A stretch of 62,209 bases of DNA, filler included, from Choristocarpus tenellus KU-1152 (GCA_964200185.2; 12 parts of 12 records of this genome joined end to end with filler, not necessarily neighbours in it); one strand, 5' to 3'; shown: positions 22,873-36,571, counted from the whole stretch's first letter. The notes: generated by a model from the sequence alone, not told the origin. Numbers and translations are program-made.

Positions 22873-25800
22873 ATGGGCGGAGAGCGTGCTCGTCGCAGCG
22901 CCTCTGGGGCTCGATATCGAGTTTGGGATAGCCTTCCATGGAAAGCAATAGAGGCTGATTTAGAGGTAGTTTCTTTCGTTCTGTATCTTGATGTTTAGGT
23001 CGAATCCCCTCTAGCCTTGCGATGGCCTATCCTCACTTTCACTCGTTCCCAAGTAGAGATGATCTGTGCCAGGCTCTTGTCTGCCGAAATTAGTGAAAGT
23101 TCTGCTTAGATTAGGAACGGGACCTGAGGTGGCCTCTCCTGTTCTATGGAGTCTGCTCGAAATTTGTATCTCACCAATCGATCCAATACCTAGCCCAACA
23201 ACGACAAGCTGCGTTGCTCCATACCAGGGATTCCTAGTTGTCGAAGACTTCGCTTTGCAAGTTGATGGCTTTAATATCATTAATAACCCCCCCCCCCTCC
23301 TTGCAGTTGTTATCCCCATTCTCACGACTTTGCAATGGTTTAGAGGCAATTCTCACTTCTACAATCATAATGATGGACGGCACTGCCCCCATTACTTCAT
23401 ATGGCACGAGCAGAAAGATTCCGGGTGGAACGCGAACAAACAGGATGAACAGTCTGTGCTCTATTCACTTGAGGAGATCTCTGGGGAAGAGTACATGTTA
23501 AAGAAAAACTCACTGGGGGGATCACAGGTATGTGACCAGGTCGGCGGCAAGGGGCACTGGACGGACTGGGAAAATTGTAATTGCCTTAGTAAGACTAAGA
23601 ATCCGGAATATGGGCATGGAGAGAGTCAATGGGGTCCATGTTCTGTAGCCTTCGCCACGTGTGCTGATCAAAACACCAAAGAAAAGTACCCCAAAAAGGA
23701 GTAACTTACATGCAATGGCCGTGCTCTTGTCTAGATATTTTCAGCAGCCTTGTGCCAGGGTACAGGGAAAACATTTGGCGGGCACCTGCTCAGTATCTAG
23801 ACCGGGTGTTTAGAATTGCACATATTACAGCAGCAGAAGTTAGCCTTTGGTGGGAGTGAATCCCTCATTTTGTCGAGATCTTTCAGGGATAGACTGCTTT
23901 TGCCCACTTGGTCTGTTGTAGGACATTGAAGACACGTGTCGATCACACTTATATTGATCCATGAATTGGCTCACAATACCCTGTGCATCTTCGGCAGCAG
24001 GTCCCTCAAGGATACGTTGATGCTATCACTACATTCTCTTCCCAAAGGACTCTCTGTGTAGTTTGACAGTACCTGTTGTTGTGCGGACAATGTTATTGAA
24101 CCCTGCCCTTTTGCCCTCATTCACCTTGTAAACCCATGGATCTCCACGCTTGTATTCTTCCTGGATATAAAAAAAAACACTGTTGTACAGATGGTTTCTG
24201 CTCCAACGGACCCTGTACCTGCCATCCCTGCACCGACCCTGGCTCCCACTGTACTCCCAACGGACCTTGACAGCAAGAAAGTCCTTGGTTGTGGCGGGGG
24301 TGAGGTTGAACTCAACGGTGGAGAGATCCCAACACCATCTGCAGATAAAAAGAAAAGAAACAAGAGAAAGAAGAAGAGGAGCGTTGCTGTTGGTGGGGAA
24401 GGTGGCATGCAGGTGGGAGCGAGGGAGGAAAAGGGAGAAGTTTCTCAGAAGCTTGAGGGTCATGCAATTACCACTGATCGAAGTGAGGAGACTGTGCCTG
24501 GAACTGAAGGCAGGGGTGTGGGATTGGTGTTGATAGCTGGGGAAGAAAAGAGTGAAGCTGTAGGGTCAATGAAGACGAGCGCAGATATCAGCGAAGGTGG
24601 TGGTGGAGGTTCAAACGGGTCAATAACCTCAAATGTTGGTAGGGGGGAGGCCTCCAAGGATGAGACCGAGACTGAGGCTGAGGTTTTGCCAGGAAAAATG
24701 AGGAAAAGAAAAAAGAGGAAGAAGTCTGCCAAGAAGACTGAGCAGAAAGGGGAAATGGGTAGGGATGAGGAAGACGGGGGTGACGATGGTAGAAAGGAAT
24801 CTCAAAAGAAGCAGAAGAAGGATCCCACCTTGAACGTGGCAGGTGGTGGTGACGGCAGTGCATTGGAAGGGGGGGGGAGGGGTCAGCAGTGGGAGCTCTC
24901 GCCAGAGGATTCAGTCAAAATGTTGCCCTGGACATATTTAGGGGTGGAGCTGCATCCCGCTCTTTTGTTCCACCTCCACCGCCAGGTTGGTTGCTCTAAT
25001 AAGCTAGGTTTTGATAATGCCTTCCTTATGTGAAAGTCATGACCAGTTTTTGCTAGTGCTTTCCTTTCTAAAGTCCTTTCTGCATGGAGATTGATTTTGA
25101 GTAGCCTTTGGTTGTCGATTAAGGAGGGTTGAGCGGTGGTGGTCGGAGATTGATACACCAACCCTTTGCCTCCAGTATCCCTTCATCTTGGCTTGTTCTG
25201 GCTCGTTTTGTTTTGTTTTGGTTGCAACTATAGTTCAGAGAAAGTGAAGCGATGTAAACGTTTCTCAGAGCTCTAGTGTGTGTGTCGGTGCCTTGCTCCT
25301 ACTGGAAACATCTGCACGGGTCTCTTCTGTATTTTAGCTCTACCAAGGTCAATTCCATTCATCAGTCTACCCTCCTATCCATTTGTCTTTTTAACCATCT
25401 ATCCATTCATCCAATGACCCTTCCTCCGTCTGTTTCCCCACCCACCCTCCATATCATTCATCCACTCGTACATCCATACATCAACCTGACCGATCATACA
25501 TACATCCATGCATCCAACCATCCATTTATGTGTAGGGTTTTTACCAGCCAACGCCCATCCAGAAGAGAGTCCTCCCAAAGGCGTTGCTGGGTCGCAAGGA
25601 CATCATTGGTGCAGCAGAAACTGGCTCAGGTAAAACCCTGGCCTACGGCCTGCCAGTACTGAACGAACTGCTTTTTAGGGCACAGGCAAAGGCAGAGGAG
25701 AAGGAGGGAATGGCAGATGATAACACATTGCCTGTCAAGGAGGCAGGTGGGCAAGGCGTTAGTGGGAAGAAGGGGGAGTCAGGGGAGGGGGGGGAGCCGC

Positions 25801-28800
25801 TGCAAGCGCTGGTGCTGTGTCCAACCAGGGAGCTGGCGTTGCAGGTGTGCGCTCATCTCAAGGAAGTTATCAAGGGGACAGGACTCGCTGTTGTGGTGAG
25901 TGTTGGCTCGTGTGTTGGGGAGAGGGGGGTGGGGCACAGGGAGAGGAGGAGAGAGGAAATGTCAGGTCTGCCTGCTGTTTGTGTATGGTACAGTGCGATG
26001 TTGGTGTTGAGCTCTTGAGTGCTTGTGTGTGTGTGGAGTTTTATAGCTTACGGGCGCTGCCATGGACTAGTATATGGTACTCTGTACCCTTTTCTCCTTG
26101 TGGCTTGCGTTTTGCCCTTAGTTTTGTCTTCTTCGAAGGGGCAGAAAGAAGGTTGATGCTCACGAGATGGGAATATTATGGGAATATTATGATGCTTCCG
26201 TCCGTGTATGGAGTTGGTTTCTGTGGGATGGAAGCTGTGTCCACCCCTTTTGTTTCACCCTTTTGTTCTTGGGTGAATTTTCTGTAACTAGACTCTGGAG
26301 GGTTTGAAAGCGCTTGAAACAACTGTTTTTTAAAAAACCATAGGCAAACAAGAGTCAGAATCCCTCGAAAGTGTTCTCTCTGAGAGTATTTCCAAGTGCC
26401 CCAGTGAGTGGAGTGTTGATTTGATCTTAAGAGTGAAAGCGGGGGTAGGTCCTGAAAGGATCGATGACGGTGAGCTGCGCACCATACTGCCTGCCATCAG
26501 TGGCAATTGAGGATTAAAAGGGAACATACGAACTTGACGACTCAGCTAGAGCTCGGTTTGAGGCATTGGCCCTTGCAAGCTGATGGATGACACCAAGTTA
26601 GGGTACTCGCCTCATCCACCTGAGTGAGCAGTCATGTTTGCATGTTGAACTTTGATGTTCGACAGTCGAATGTTAGAGGAGGGTATGTTGTCCATCCAGC
26701 TCATCCTTGCCGTTCTGTTGGAAACCTATCCCTCCAATCGGTCTAAACCCACACTCCAGGAAAGGTTAAAAGTGAGACAGCACGGGACGATGCCGGCATT
26801 CACCTGCACCCACATTGCTCAAAAACGTGCCTTTAATAAACGTGGCGACTGGTCTTAATGCTCTAAAACTCTGCTCAACCTACTGCGCTCGAAAGGAAAA
26901 ATACCGACAAACAAACATCGACACAATAAAAAAAAAGTGATAGCTACTCTTAATCCCCCCCCCCCTTGCATTGTAGACTCAGATATTCCTCGTGAATTCC
27001 GTTGAGACAAGGCGTCTGTGAGGGTTTGTGGGTTGTGCGGTTGAAAGCAGCCGGTGTAGTGTGCCATGTGGCATCGTGTAGACGTACTCCGGCGTCCCAA
27101 GGTTGTTTTCAGGTCAAGGTGGATAATCTCCTTGTCTTGAGGTTGTTTTAGTCTTGCCCTTCATTTTGATTCCTTTGTACCTTTATTGTTTACGTGTGGT
27201 CTTGCACTTGGTCTGGGTATAGAGTTTTGAGCTCTCCACGGCGACTACAATAGTTGGTGCGTGATCGTTTTGTGAAAATCTATGGGAGTTCCTACTCGGG
27301 TTGGATTATCCACCTTTTTGCTGAAAGGAGTTCCAACACAAGAGGCACTTGCGTCCTTCCATTCCTATTTCCCCAAGAAAACAACTTGACTTTCACGGCG
27401 TACTCTTTACTCAACTGCCATGTCTTTTCTGGGAGTGCCTCAGGTAGCTTCTGACTTCTCTATACATGAGTGTTCCGCTGCTGCCTTGACCCCTATGGAG
27501 GATGAAGTTACACCATTTCCTCTGATTTGAGCAGAGGCTGACATACCCCCCCCCCCCCCCCCCGCAACCTCTCTTCTTCCCGTTCCCCCAAGGGACTCTT
27601 GCCCACCCTTTTGCCCAATTTATGCCCCCTCAGTACATATGCCATACGACGAGCGTGAGGTAAAGGACACAGAACAAGGAACAATATTTACACCATATCT
27701 ACATCTCTATCTGTACAGATTACATTTAGCCAATAGAACGTCAGCATTCTCCCTGCAAGTTCCCCTACCTACATTTAGCCAATAGAATGCCTGCGTTCTC
27801 CCTGCGAGTTCCCCTACAGCAGCGCCATCCCCCTTTCAATGTCAAATGACTTTCGTGTTATTTTTCTCAGGCAGTGGTGGGTGGTCTGGCGGAGGTGAAA
27901 CAAGAAAGACAGCTGGCACGGCGGCCTGAGGTCGTGGTAGCCACTCCGGGTCGGCTATGGGAGTTGTCGTCCTCCAATGCTCACCTTGGCATGCTTGGTT
28001 CCCTCAGGCACCTTGTTGTGGATGAGGCGGATCGCATGTTGGAGCGGGGTCACTTTCCCGAGCTGGAGAGGTTGTTTACGTTGCTGGGGGTGGGCAAGGA
28101 GGTGACGAAAAAGGACAAGGGTCTGATAAGGGGAAATATTCCAAGCCTTAGCTCTGACGAGGAGACGGAAGATGATGGAGGAGGAATGAGAGGAGGAGGC
28201 AGGATTGGTGGCGATCGTAATGGTGTGATGGGTCAGCAGCGGGGCGTGCTGGAGAGGAGGAGGAAGGGGAGGGGGAGGGGGAGGGTGAAGGATGATGGCA
28301 CTGGTAGTAATATGGTAGGCGATTTTGTTATGGGAAGAGGGGAGGTGAAAGGTATGGACTCGGAGTTTATGGCGATGGATGCGGAAGAGGAGGTGGATGA
28401 GGAAGGCATTACTGCAGAGCTGGAGGTGGTAGGGGGGGGGGAGGGGGGAGACCCTTGTACTACTCCTAGCGCTGTCTCCGGTACCCCCCGCCAGACGTTT
28501 GTGTTTTCGGCCACGTTGACACTTGGTTCCAAGGGGCGACGGGTGAAAGGTAGAGGGAAGAAGAAGGGAAAGGCAGGGGGGGGGAAAGAGTTAGTGGAAG
28601 AGAACCCTGTGGGGAAGGTGATGGCCAGGGTAGGGTTGAGGGGGCAGCCGGTGGTGATTGATGTTGGGAGAAGAACGGTAAGCGATGGAACAGAGGGGAT
28701 TGGTGATGACATGGAATTGGGAGGGGTGACAGGTGTAGAAGCGGGTGAAGGGGGAGAGGTGTTCAAGGCGCCATCACCCGCATTGCCATCAAAGTTAAGG

Positions 28801-29720
28801 TTGTGCAGCATCAAGAGCCTTCAGGTGGGTTGGTGGAAACAGAATGAACTTTGGTGCGGTGTGTGTGCTGTGATGCAATGTGGGGGGCTGGGGGGTTGGG
28901 AAAGACTTGGTGTTGCTGTTGTTTTAAGGAAGGGGCTCGGCAGAGGTCAGATTAGATGGCTTTTTTTGGAAGACATGCCCCGATTGGTAATTGGCGGGTG
29001 TTGACAATTGTAGTGATGATTTGTAATGATTTTCTTTAGTGAGTCTATGGGCGATGAGTGTGCATGGGTACTCTTGTGTGCATTGGGGGGCGAGTACCTA
29101 GATCATGGGTATGACACCGTCCCATCTTCCGGACACGCCTTCCTGGTGAGGAGGACGGTGGCAAGGGAGGCAGGCAGGCGAAGGGTGGGATGAAAACAAC
29201 CAAGAGTCTGATGTCACCCAAGTTGAGGTTATGAATGATCCGGAAAAGGGCTAGTGTTTGGGGCTGGTCAGGACAAGACGGTACTTGTTAAATCGTTAGG
29301 GAGTGCACAAGAGTGAAGTGTGCATTTGTCAAGGGCTGACCTGTGGCACTTCTCTAGGTGAGAATGCCTACCCCCCCAAACACCCCTCCCTCCCTAAATC
29401 ACCTCTCGCCACCCATACACAAACTGACCCTCCCCTGTTCCTCCCCTTCCGGCTCAATCACCCTCCTCCCCCCTGAACCTGGGCTCTGTCTGGGCTACGC
29501 CTTTGATTGTATGTTTTTTTTTTTTTCCTTACGCATGTGTTGTCAGATGGATAAGGATGTGTACGCCTACCTGTTCTGTACGCTGTATCCTGGACGCACG
29601 TTGATTTTTGTGAATGCCATAGCCTGTGCGAGGAGGGTTGTGTCCCTTTTGGTGCTGCTCAATGTGCCTGCCACTCCTCTCCACGCCCAGATGCAGCAGC
29701 GGCAGCGCCTGAAGAGCCTG
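22873..29720 (+). CDS. DDX24: ATP-dependent DEAD-box RNA helicase DDX24/MAK5 (3' partial)
   Basis: Six phase-0 exons: 22873-22965 (..DSLPWKAIE), 23444-23527 (..YSLEEISG), 24191-24985, 25536-25895 ([24 protein letters not shown]), 27871-28824 ([29 protein letters not shown]) and 29547-29720 ([30 protein letters not shown]). The contig ends before motifs V/VI. Confidence 0.93.
27721..27817 (+). repeat. Tandem duplication of a ~49-bp unit in a DDX24 intron
   Basis: Two copies of TACATTTAGCCAATAGAA..TTCTCCCTGC..GTTCCCCTAC. Confidence 0.85.
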
Positions 29721-30027
29721 GTGAGGGAGGGTGATACTATTGAAATATTCTTTGGGGGCTGGGTCTGGGGCAAGGGGTAGGGTTAGGACTTGAGGTTAGA
29801 GGTGATTTGATTGCCGAGTGTATTGGATACGGCTGAATTCTATTGGGGTATCATTTTTTAAATCATTGGTAGTTTGTTTTCCTAGTTCTGTACCTCTCCC
29901 ATCTTCTTTTTTTTATTGAATTGGCAGAACGGCTGCGTTTGTGGGGGTGGAGCACTCTTTGCATGCACTTTCCAGATGCACTAATTTAGTACCCCCCTCC
30001 AAAAAACAACTAGATGTAGGATTAGGG

Positions 30028-30227
30028 TTAGTAATAGTAGTTGGTAGTAGTAGCAGTAGTGGTAGTGGTAGTAATAGTAGTTGGTAGTAGTAGTAGTAGT
30101 AGTAGTAATATTAATAGTGGTAATAACAGTAGTAGTAGTAGTAGTAGTAGTAGCAATAGTAACAGTAATAGTAGTAGTAATGGTAGTAGTAGTAGTAATA
30201 GTAGTAATAGTAGTAGTAGTGGTAATA
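30028..30227 (+). repeat. Imperfect (TAG/AGT)n microsatellite
   Basis: Direct inspection. Confidence 0.9.
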
Positions 30228-32420
30228 TATAGCGTTGGATTGAAGAGGTGATGTTGGGTAAGCAGTCAGTGGATGGGTGAATGATATCTACTTGGTAGTA
30301 TTTCGTGAACACTGTTTTTTCTGTAACTACATCTATGGCACCCTTGTGAGTACTACCTTGGGGTGTGGTCGTGTAAAGCTTGCCACCAACCACTGACACG
30401 GGATGAAATAGATGTTTGTACTATTATCAACCCCTGGGAGTTATGTAAAGACATTCTCCAACTATAGTTGGGGGGTGGGGGGGGGGAAGGACGATTATTA
30501 AACATNNNNNNNNNNNNNNNNNNNNNNNNNNNNNNNNNNNNNNNNNNNNTTAATTAATTAANNNNNNNNNNNNNNNNNNNNNNNNNNNNNNNNNNNNNNN
30601 NNNNNCCAGATACTTTGGGGCTTCTCATATCGAAACCTAACGGAAAACAGAACAAAAAAGACCTTCCAGTGAGTGACCTGTACGGTGATAGTTTCCACCT
30701 TTTCACTCCACTGAACAATCAAATATTTTATATTATTATTATTTATATCTCAAGGGGTGGGGGGGGTTGCATCTGCATCTCAACGAGCTTTGATCTAATC
30801 GGGCCTGACAAAAAAAAAGTTTCCCACAAATAATGTTTTTCTAAATTGTACAACCGTTAGAAAGAAACATATATTTGTAACAATTAAGAACGGTTGACTT
30901 TACTGCACGGGTGAAAAAAAAAATCAGAAAAAATGATAATAAAAGTACCTACGTGCTCTATATCTTGTCTGCTTGAGTTTTTTTAAGAGCTTTCATAAAC
31001 GAAATGTATCAACAGTACCCTTTTTGGTCAATGTGCACAAAACAAAAATCACCTATATATCAAAACATGACTTTATACATGGAGATCAGTTCATTATTAT
31101 CAAGAACATCTATTTGAACTCACCACTGAAGTAACAACAAGAACGACCTTTTCCACGATAATGACAACAGAGAAGATGATGGCATTAACGACGCTCCCCG
31201 ACCCTTTTCTACCCTGCACAAAACAAACACTATAATAACAACGCTCTAGCGAAACAGCCGCTGCCGAGGACACCTGAAACCTCCTGCCTGTGGCACAACC
31301 AAGACAACTAACTTCCAGTACAAACGGCAAAGTGTCTACTTGGTGGCCGCACTGCTGTTGCTAATTAGAAGCAATGAATATTTTGAAAGGCAGGGAGGGG
31401 GTGCAACAACTGTTGTGTCAGGAGGCAGACGAAAAAAAAAAACACCAGATGCCAACAAATTAAAAGTTTTTTTTTTTAGCATTGTTCCAAGAAGCAAGAA
31501 AAGCCGCCGGCAAGAGGCAAGGAAGGAGTGGTCCGAATGAGAGATAATGCAACATCGGAATTCGTCTCAAAATTGGTGGATTGAGATATATACTCGTTAC
31601 AAAAAATCAATTACATATAATGTAAGAAGAGTTATTACACTACAGATTGCAGAGGTCCTTTCCCAACTTTTTACGTTCAGTGGTTCCCTCTGAATAGTTA
31701 TTGTTGTGACAGTCTCGTATTGATCATGTAAAATCTTCTAGATTACAGTGACAAAAAAACACTGACAAGAACTTTTGCTTTAGATGTACAAACTGTTATG
31801 TTAGCAAGGAACGCCACCCAGAGAGAGGAGATGTCCCCTCCTTGATCCCTTGAAAGCAATCAGGTGCTGCAGATGATACAGCTTGAGCTATGGGCTGAGA
31901 TTGAGAATGCCACATTGAAACAGGAACTATAGTTTGATCGATAATGACTTCAGCAAAAAAAATTGCGATGGCATAATGTGTAAAGTGAGCTATCATTTTA
32001 TTGCACCTCGTGGTGGCAGTGACATACATAGCATGCTATCCAAAGTCGTAGGGTTGACGGACCAATAATTGCAGATGGAAAGCGTAGCACTGGTCTGAAA
32101 CGAAAATGGTGTGCCAGGTGCGATACTTGTTTATGACTGACAGTCATCATCAAATACATTTGAATTCGCCTCAAAAGCACATCCCAGACTTAAGAACGAT
32201 CTTCACATTGAAACAGTGTTGTGTTGATGATTATGCAGTGAAGCTTGAGCCTTCGGGAAAGAATGGGTGAACAAGGTCGCAGGATCTGTGGAAAGTCCCT
32301 TCCACTCCGAATGACGTTCCGCTGGTTAATAACATTTCGACATGTAAAAGAGCGGAGTGCCCGAGTGTTAAAAGACGTCCACAAGCATAGAACTACCCCA
32401 GTCATCTCACCATAGCCTGC

Positions 32421-33174
32421 CTACAATTGAAGTGCGCCGAAACTGAATATAGCTTGTTGAGAGGTGCTTTGGAAAGGCGGTATTATGCCTTTGCTCTTGG
32501 AACGGGTGGAGGGGGGTTCAGAGCGAAATCCCAGGACTGTTTGCGACGTTTGTACGTCCATGTATACCCAGCTTTCACGAGAAGAATAGATTCCATGAGA
32601 ACGGGAGCTTCTGCATACAGAAAAGTTTAGGCTTATCGCACAAGATTTGAGTTCCAACAAATTGCAAGCACCAACAGACATAAACCGCCTTTGCAGCTGA
32701 GCACAGCATCTACACAAGCACTTCAATTTGTATCAGACCAATGCATAATACTGTCTCACCTGTCGTGCATATCTGGGTTCACTTCTTCTTTTAGGGTTGG
32801 CCTTGATCCCACGAAACCGCCCAGGAAGGTTATGCAACTCTTTCCAGGGATGCCGCCTCCATTCGCCACGCCTCCGCCAGAGTTTTTCTTCCGTCCATCA
32901 ATCCGAACCGGCTTATGGAGAGCTCTTTTCCCTTTGCGATGAAGGGTGTGGAAACAAACGTCACAGAAATCGCCCTCACAGGACTCACAAGCCCAAATGC
33001 TTCGTCGGTCTTCACAGTCCTCACACTTCCCATCCAAGGCTTCCTTCATCTCCATCGTTTCAGTCTCTTGTGATTCCACTGTTGGCGAGGCGCTATCTGA
33101 ACCATTTCCACGATCTTTCTCTTGTGACCCACTACTTGCATCCTGAAAATCTCTCAACATCGCACCAGGTTGCG
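32421..33174 (-). CDS. B-box-type zinc-finger protein (partial)
   Basis: Exon 33174-32760 encodes CEDCEDRRSIWACESCEGDFCDVCFHTLHRKGKRALH and has the donor CAG|GTGAG. It is in phase with a following exon starting near 32610. Confidence 0.7.
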
Positions 33175-33329
33175 CTGCCAGCAGAAGTGGTTCTTCAGCA
33201 AGAAGGACAATTGGTCAGTATCGGAGAGAGAGATTAATGTTCAGGGTATATCGGTTTTTGTCAATAAAGAAACAGAGTCCCACCCACAAACAAACAAACA
33301 AAAAATGTAGAAATGGAGATGGAGATGGA

Positions 33330-33960
33330 GATGATGTCCTGTAATCATACCACTCTTTATCTATTGTGCATGTTGGTTAGTGGCCCTATCGGTCCAACCC
33401 TCAACACCGATACCAAACTTCTCAAGTTCATCTTAGTCATATCCACAATTTCCTCTGCTGTCCACCTTGTTTTCATTTTCCAGCCGAAAGATCCCCAAAC
33501 ATATTTTAGCTGGGAAGTCGATCATCCCCCATGACGAGCAACTGATCCAGAAAAAAGGAGTCTCCACCTTCTTGTGCACCGTTGTCTCGATAACTCTTGC
33601 ACCCAGCTTTCGCAAGAGCACCTCTGTAGGGTAGAACATGACTGTGGCATACCCGTTTGAGGAATGTTATTATACAGCGGAAAAGGAACTTATTGTGGTG
33701 GTCAGAACGAAGGTTCAGATAATGACCCAGGAGTGTTGGCGTCTTACAACCATATAACAGAACTTCAAGCGCTTCAGCTTTGGGCATGAGAATCTCAAGC
33801 TCGAGTGATACACCGGAGGTCCTGCCATTAAAGCCCTCGGCTGTATTTGCGAAAATAACTCCAACCTTTCTGGATCCTACAGCTGATCTCAGCAGTAATA
33901 GCAGCATCTTCACTGATTTTTTCCTCCAACGTACGCAAATTTATCAGTCTGCTTATAGAT
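33330..33960 (-). mobile_element. 3' remnant of an RTE-clade non-LTR retrotransposon
   Basis: Frameshifted ITAEISCRIQKGWSYFRKYS, KAEALEVLLYGC, HVLPYRGALAKAGC, IETTVHK and GDDRLP match the RT thumb/C-terminal region of RTE-type LINEs. Confidence 0.8.
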
Positions 33961-34059
33961 CTAGGCCAATGCCTGGATATGCATGAATTATCCAACAGTC
34001 TGGTTAGAAGGCCAAATACGTATATAGTATCCATCTTTAGTGCCAGCATTGACAGATTG

Positions 34060-34570
34060 GCAACTGATCCGGAAAATGGATCTGGTCTTCCATGCAGAGG
34101 CAATCGCAGACTCCGGATCAGCTCCCTACCGAGACAAAGGCCTCCACATCGATGCTACGTTTGCGAAAGTGCAAGCAGCCTCCCACCTACTCCACTCATC
34201 CACCAGCAATGATGTAGCTGCTGCTGCAGCTGAGGCGCAAAAGTGCACCCACTACGAGGGATCATTTGCCCCCCATAGATATAACCTCAACACCTTCACG
34301 GTGGAAAGTTTTTGGCGCCTCGGTAAGCAAGCGGAAATTTTTCTTGATGAGCTAGGTACGCACTCGCTAGGAGGGAGACGGACAGGAGGCTCCAACAAAA
34401 GGGGGCAGTCAAATCCCGTCTACGCCAGATAGTCTCAGTCACAACGCAAGTAGCCCTATCTCGACGTGTCATGTGTTTCAAGCTGGAGATGCGAGGTAGA
34501 TGAGCAAGGAGGGGCCTTGTTAGATTCTCGGGATGCTTCCCTTGCTCCTCACCCTGGGATGCAGGACTAA
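34060..34570 (+). mobile_element. 3' end (restriction-like endonuclease domain) of an RLE-type (CRE/R2-like) non-LTR retroelement
   Basis: RKMDLV..GLHIDAT..AAAAAEAQKCTHY..LNTFTVESFWRLGKQAEIFLDEL matches the R.D...D.T...AE..K...Y..VES.GR pattern of the RLE nuclease. Confidence 0.8.
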
Positions 34571-35318
34571 GCTAGGTTGGAGACATAGGAGGGCAGTGGT
34601 GCAGCATAGCTTATAGCTGGTAGCAAAATAGGAAATAGATTAATGTCTTTCACATTTTAGGACAACTGGGATTTTTCTGACACGTCGATAGTTTTCATTG
34701 GTTTTTCCCCTGACACATCTGGAAAATGTCAGAGGCCCTAATAATATAATAGATCCACATGAGTAGTCTTATTAGATATTGATTCACGTAATTGTGGAAA
34801 GCATGTTTGTCTGTTATTATACCGTTATTGCCGTATGCCATATACTGTTATACCATNNNNNNNNNNNNNNNNNNNNNNNNNNNNNNNNNNNNNNNNNNNN
34901 TTAATTAATTAANNNNNNNNNNNNNNNNNNNNNNNNNNNNNNNNNNNNNNNNNNNNAGAAAGTGCACACAAAATGTGAAAATAGAGCTCCTCCCCCCCCC
35001 CTCCCCCCCCTGAAAAAAAAAGCAATCCCTGTTCAATTTTAAAAGCTCTATTCCGCTCCCCTTTGCAACAAATATAATCACAAAAGTAAAAACGATAACA
35101 GCGATGGATATAGCTAAAATAATATAATAATATAATAATATATATATATCGTGCTCTGCTTCGCAATAAATAAAAAAAAATGGTAGTACTCTTTTTAGTA
35201 TGATATTATCAAAAAAAACAAAACAATATTAGTAATAATATTAGTAATAATGGCCCTCTGCTACCTCGCACTACATTGTCAACTCTTTCACCAACAGCTA
35301 CCCAACTCTAGCTCTCAC

Positions 35319-36316
35319 CCTTGCAACAGAAGAGTCATCCATTCTTGACCATACGCCTGCACATGTACGGACATAGGAGTAGTAGTGACCACACATCATA
35401 GAACTTCCCTGATGTACCAGCACACTAAAGGTCCCCAAACCAAACCACCATCCATCCACCCAACCACCCACCCATCCATCCACCCATCCATCCATATCAC
35501 ATGCAAAAGAATGCATACACACAAGAAAAAAACAATTAAAATGTTAGTAGTTACATCATTAAGAACACCACATTCAGCAAGGTTGTACACATAACCCCTA
35601 GTATCAGGCATAAAAAGGCAGTTACTAATACCGCAGGTTAATGAGTGATCATAATAATAATAATAGTGGACGAAGATCAAAACAAATGATCATCATCATG
35701 ATGGCCATGAGTAGGGGTGAGTGGACATGTAAGCAGCGGAGTTGGTGCACTTACAATGGTTGGGCTGGTGAGGAAAGAAGATAAGAATAGAGAATAAGAT
35801 GGGGCAGAGGCAACTACCCCACTCTGTTGACGTTATTCAGAAAGGGAGTAGTATTGCAGGCAACGGGTCGTTGTGACTTCAGAGTGATAATAACAATAAT
35901 AATAATCTAAGTCTTTGGGATTTTATGTATATACAAATATCCACACACCTTATCACCTCCCAGGATCCTAGCACACTCCCCCTCAAACCTCTCCTTACCC
36001 TAACCCTCTAATCCACAACCTCGTGCAAGTCACAACTCCTACTAACCCTAACCCTAACCCGCCAAGTTTCAATAGTAACAATAACAATAGATACTACGTA
36101 ACAGTGATAATAATCTCTACATCCTATCAGCAATGTATATATATATACATACATGCATACACACATACATATATACACACACACATACATAAATATATAC
36201 ATACATACATATATACATACATGCATATATACATACATGCATATATACATACATACATATATATATACATACATGCATATATACATACATACATATATAT
36301 ATACATACATGCATAT

Positions 36317-36348
<32 letters not shown>

Positions 36349-36571
36349 CGCTGCATGTACAATGTCCCTCATCACACCCAGCCCGCCATAACCATAACCA
36401 TAACCATAACCCTAAGAAACACACACACCCAGTGAGGTCGTATCGTACAGACGTCTCCGGCCCTGACACAGAGAGCGCCAACTTCTCCTTGAACTCCACG
36501 TGCCGGTGGATCTTGCTTGCCCGCCTCCCGTACACAAATCTCTTGAGGTGGACCACCAAGGCATTGGGAGG
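35319..36571 (-). CDS. Ubiquitin-specific protease (peptidase C19; USP36/42/UBP23-like), internal exons
   Basis: Exon 36571-36429 (PPNALVVHLKRF..KIHRHVEF..YDLT) joins in phase to 35424-35319 (GVLVHQGSSMMCGHYYSYVR..WSRMDDSSV), forming the His box. Confidence 0.9.
36135..36348. repeat. (TA/CA)-rich compound microsatellite with ~36-bp higher-order periodicity
   Basis: Repeated ATATATACATACATGCATATATACATACATAC units inside the USP intron. Confidence 0.9.

Noticed and set aside
23066-23704. 212-aa ORF as an independent gene
   Set aside because: Only 23444-23527 is explained (DDX24 exon 2); the remainder is intronic read-through.
30028-30399. Poly-Leu and poly-Ser ORFs
   Set aside because: Translation of a (TAG)n microsatellite.
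35995-36060. CCCTAA repeats as a telomere
   Set aside because: Only a few scattered units inside a USP intron.
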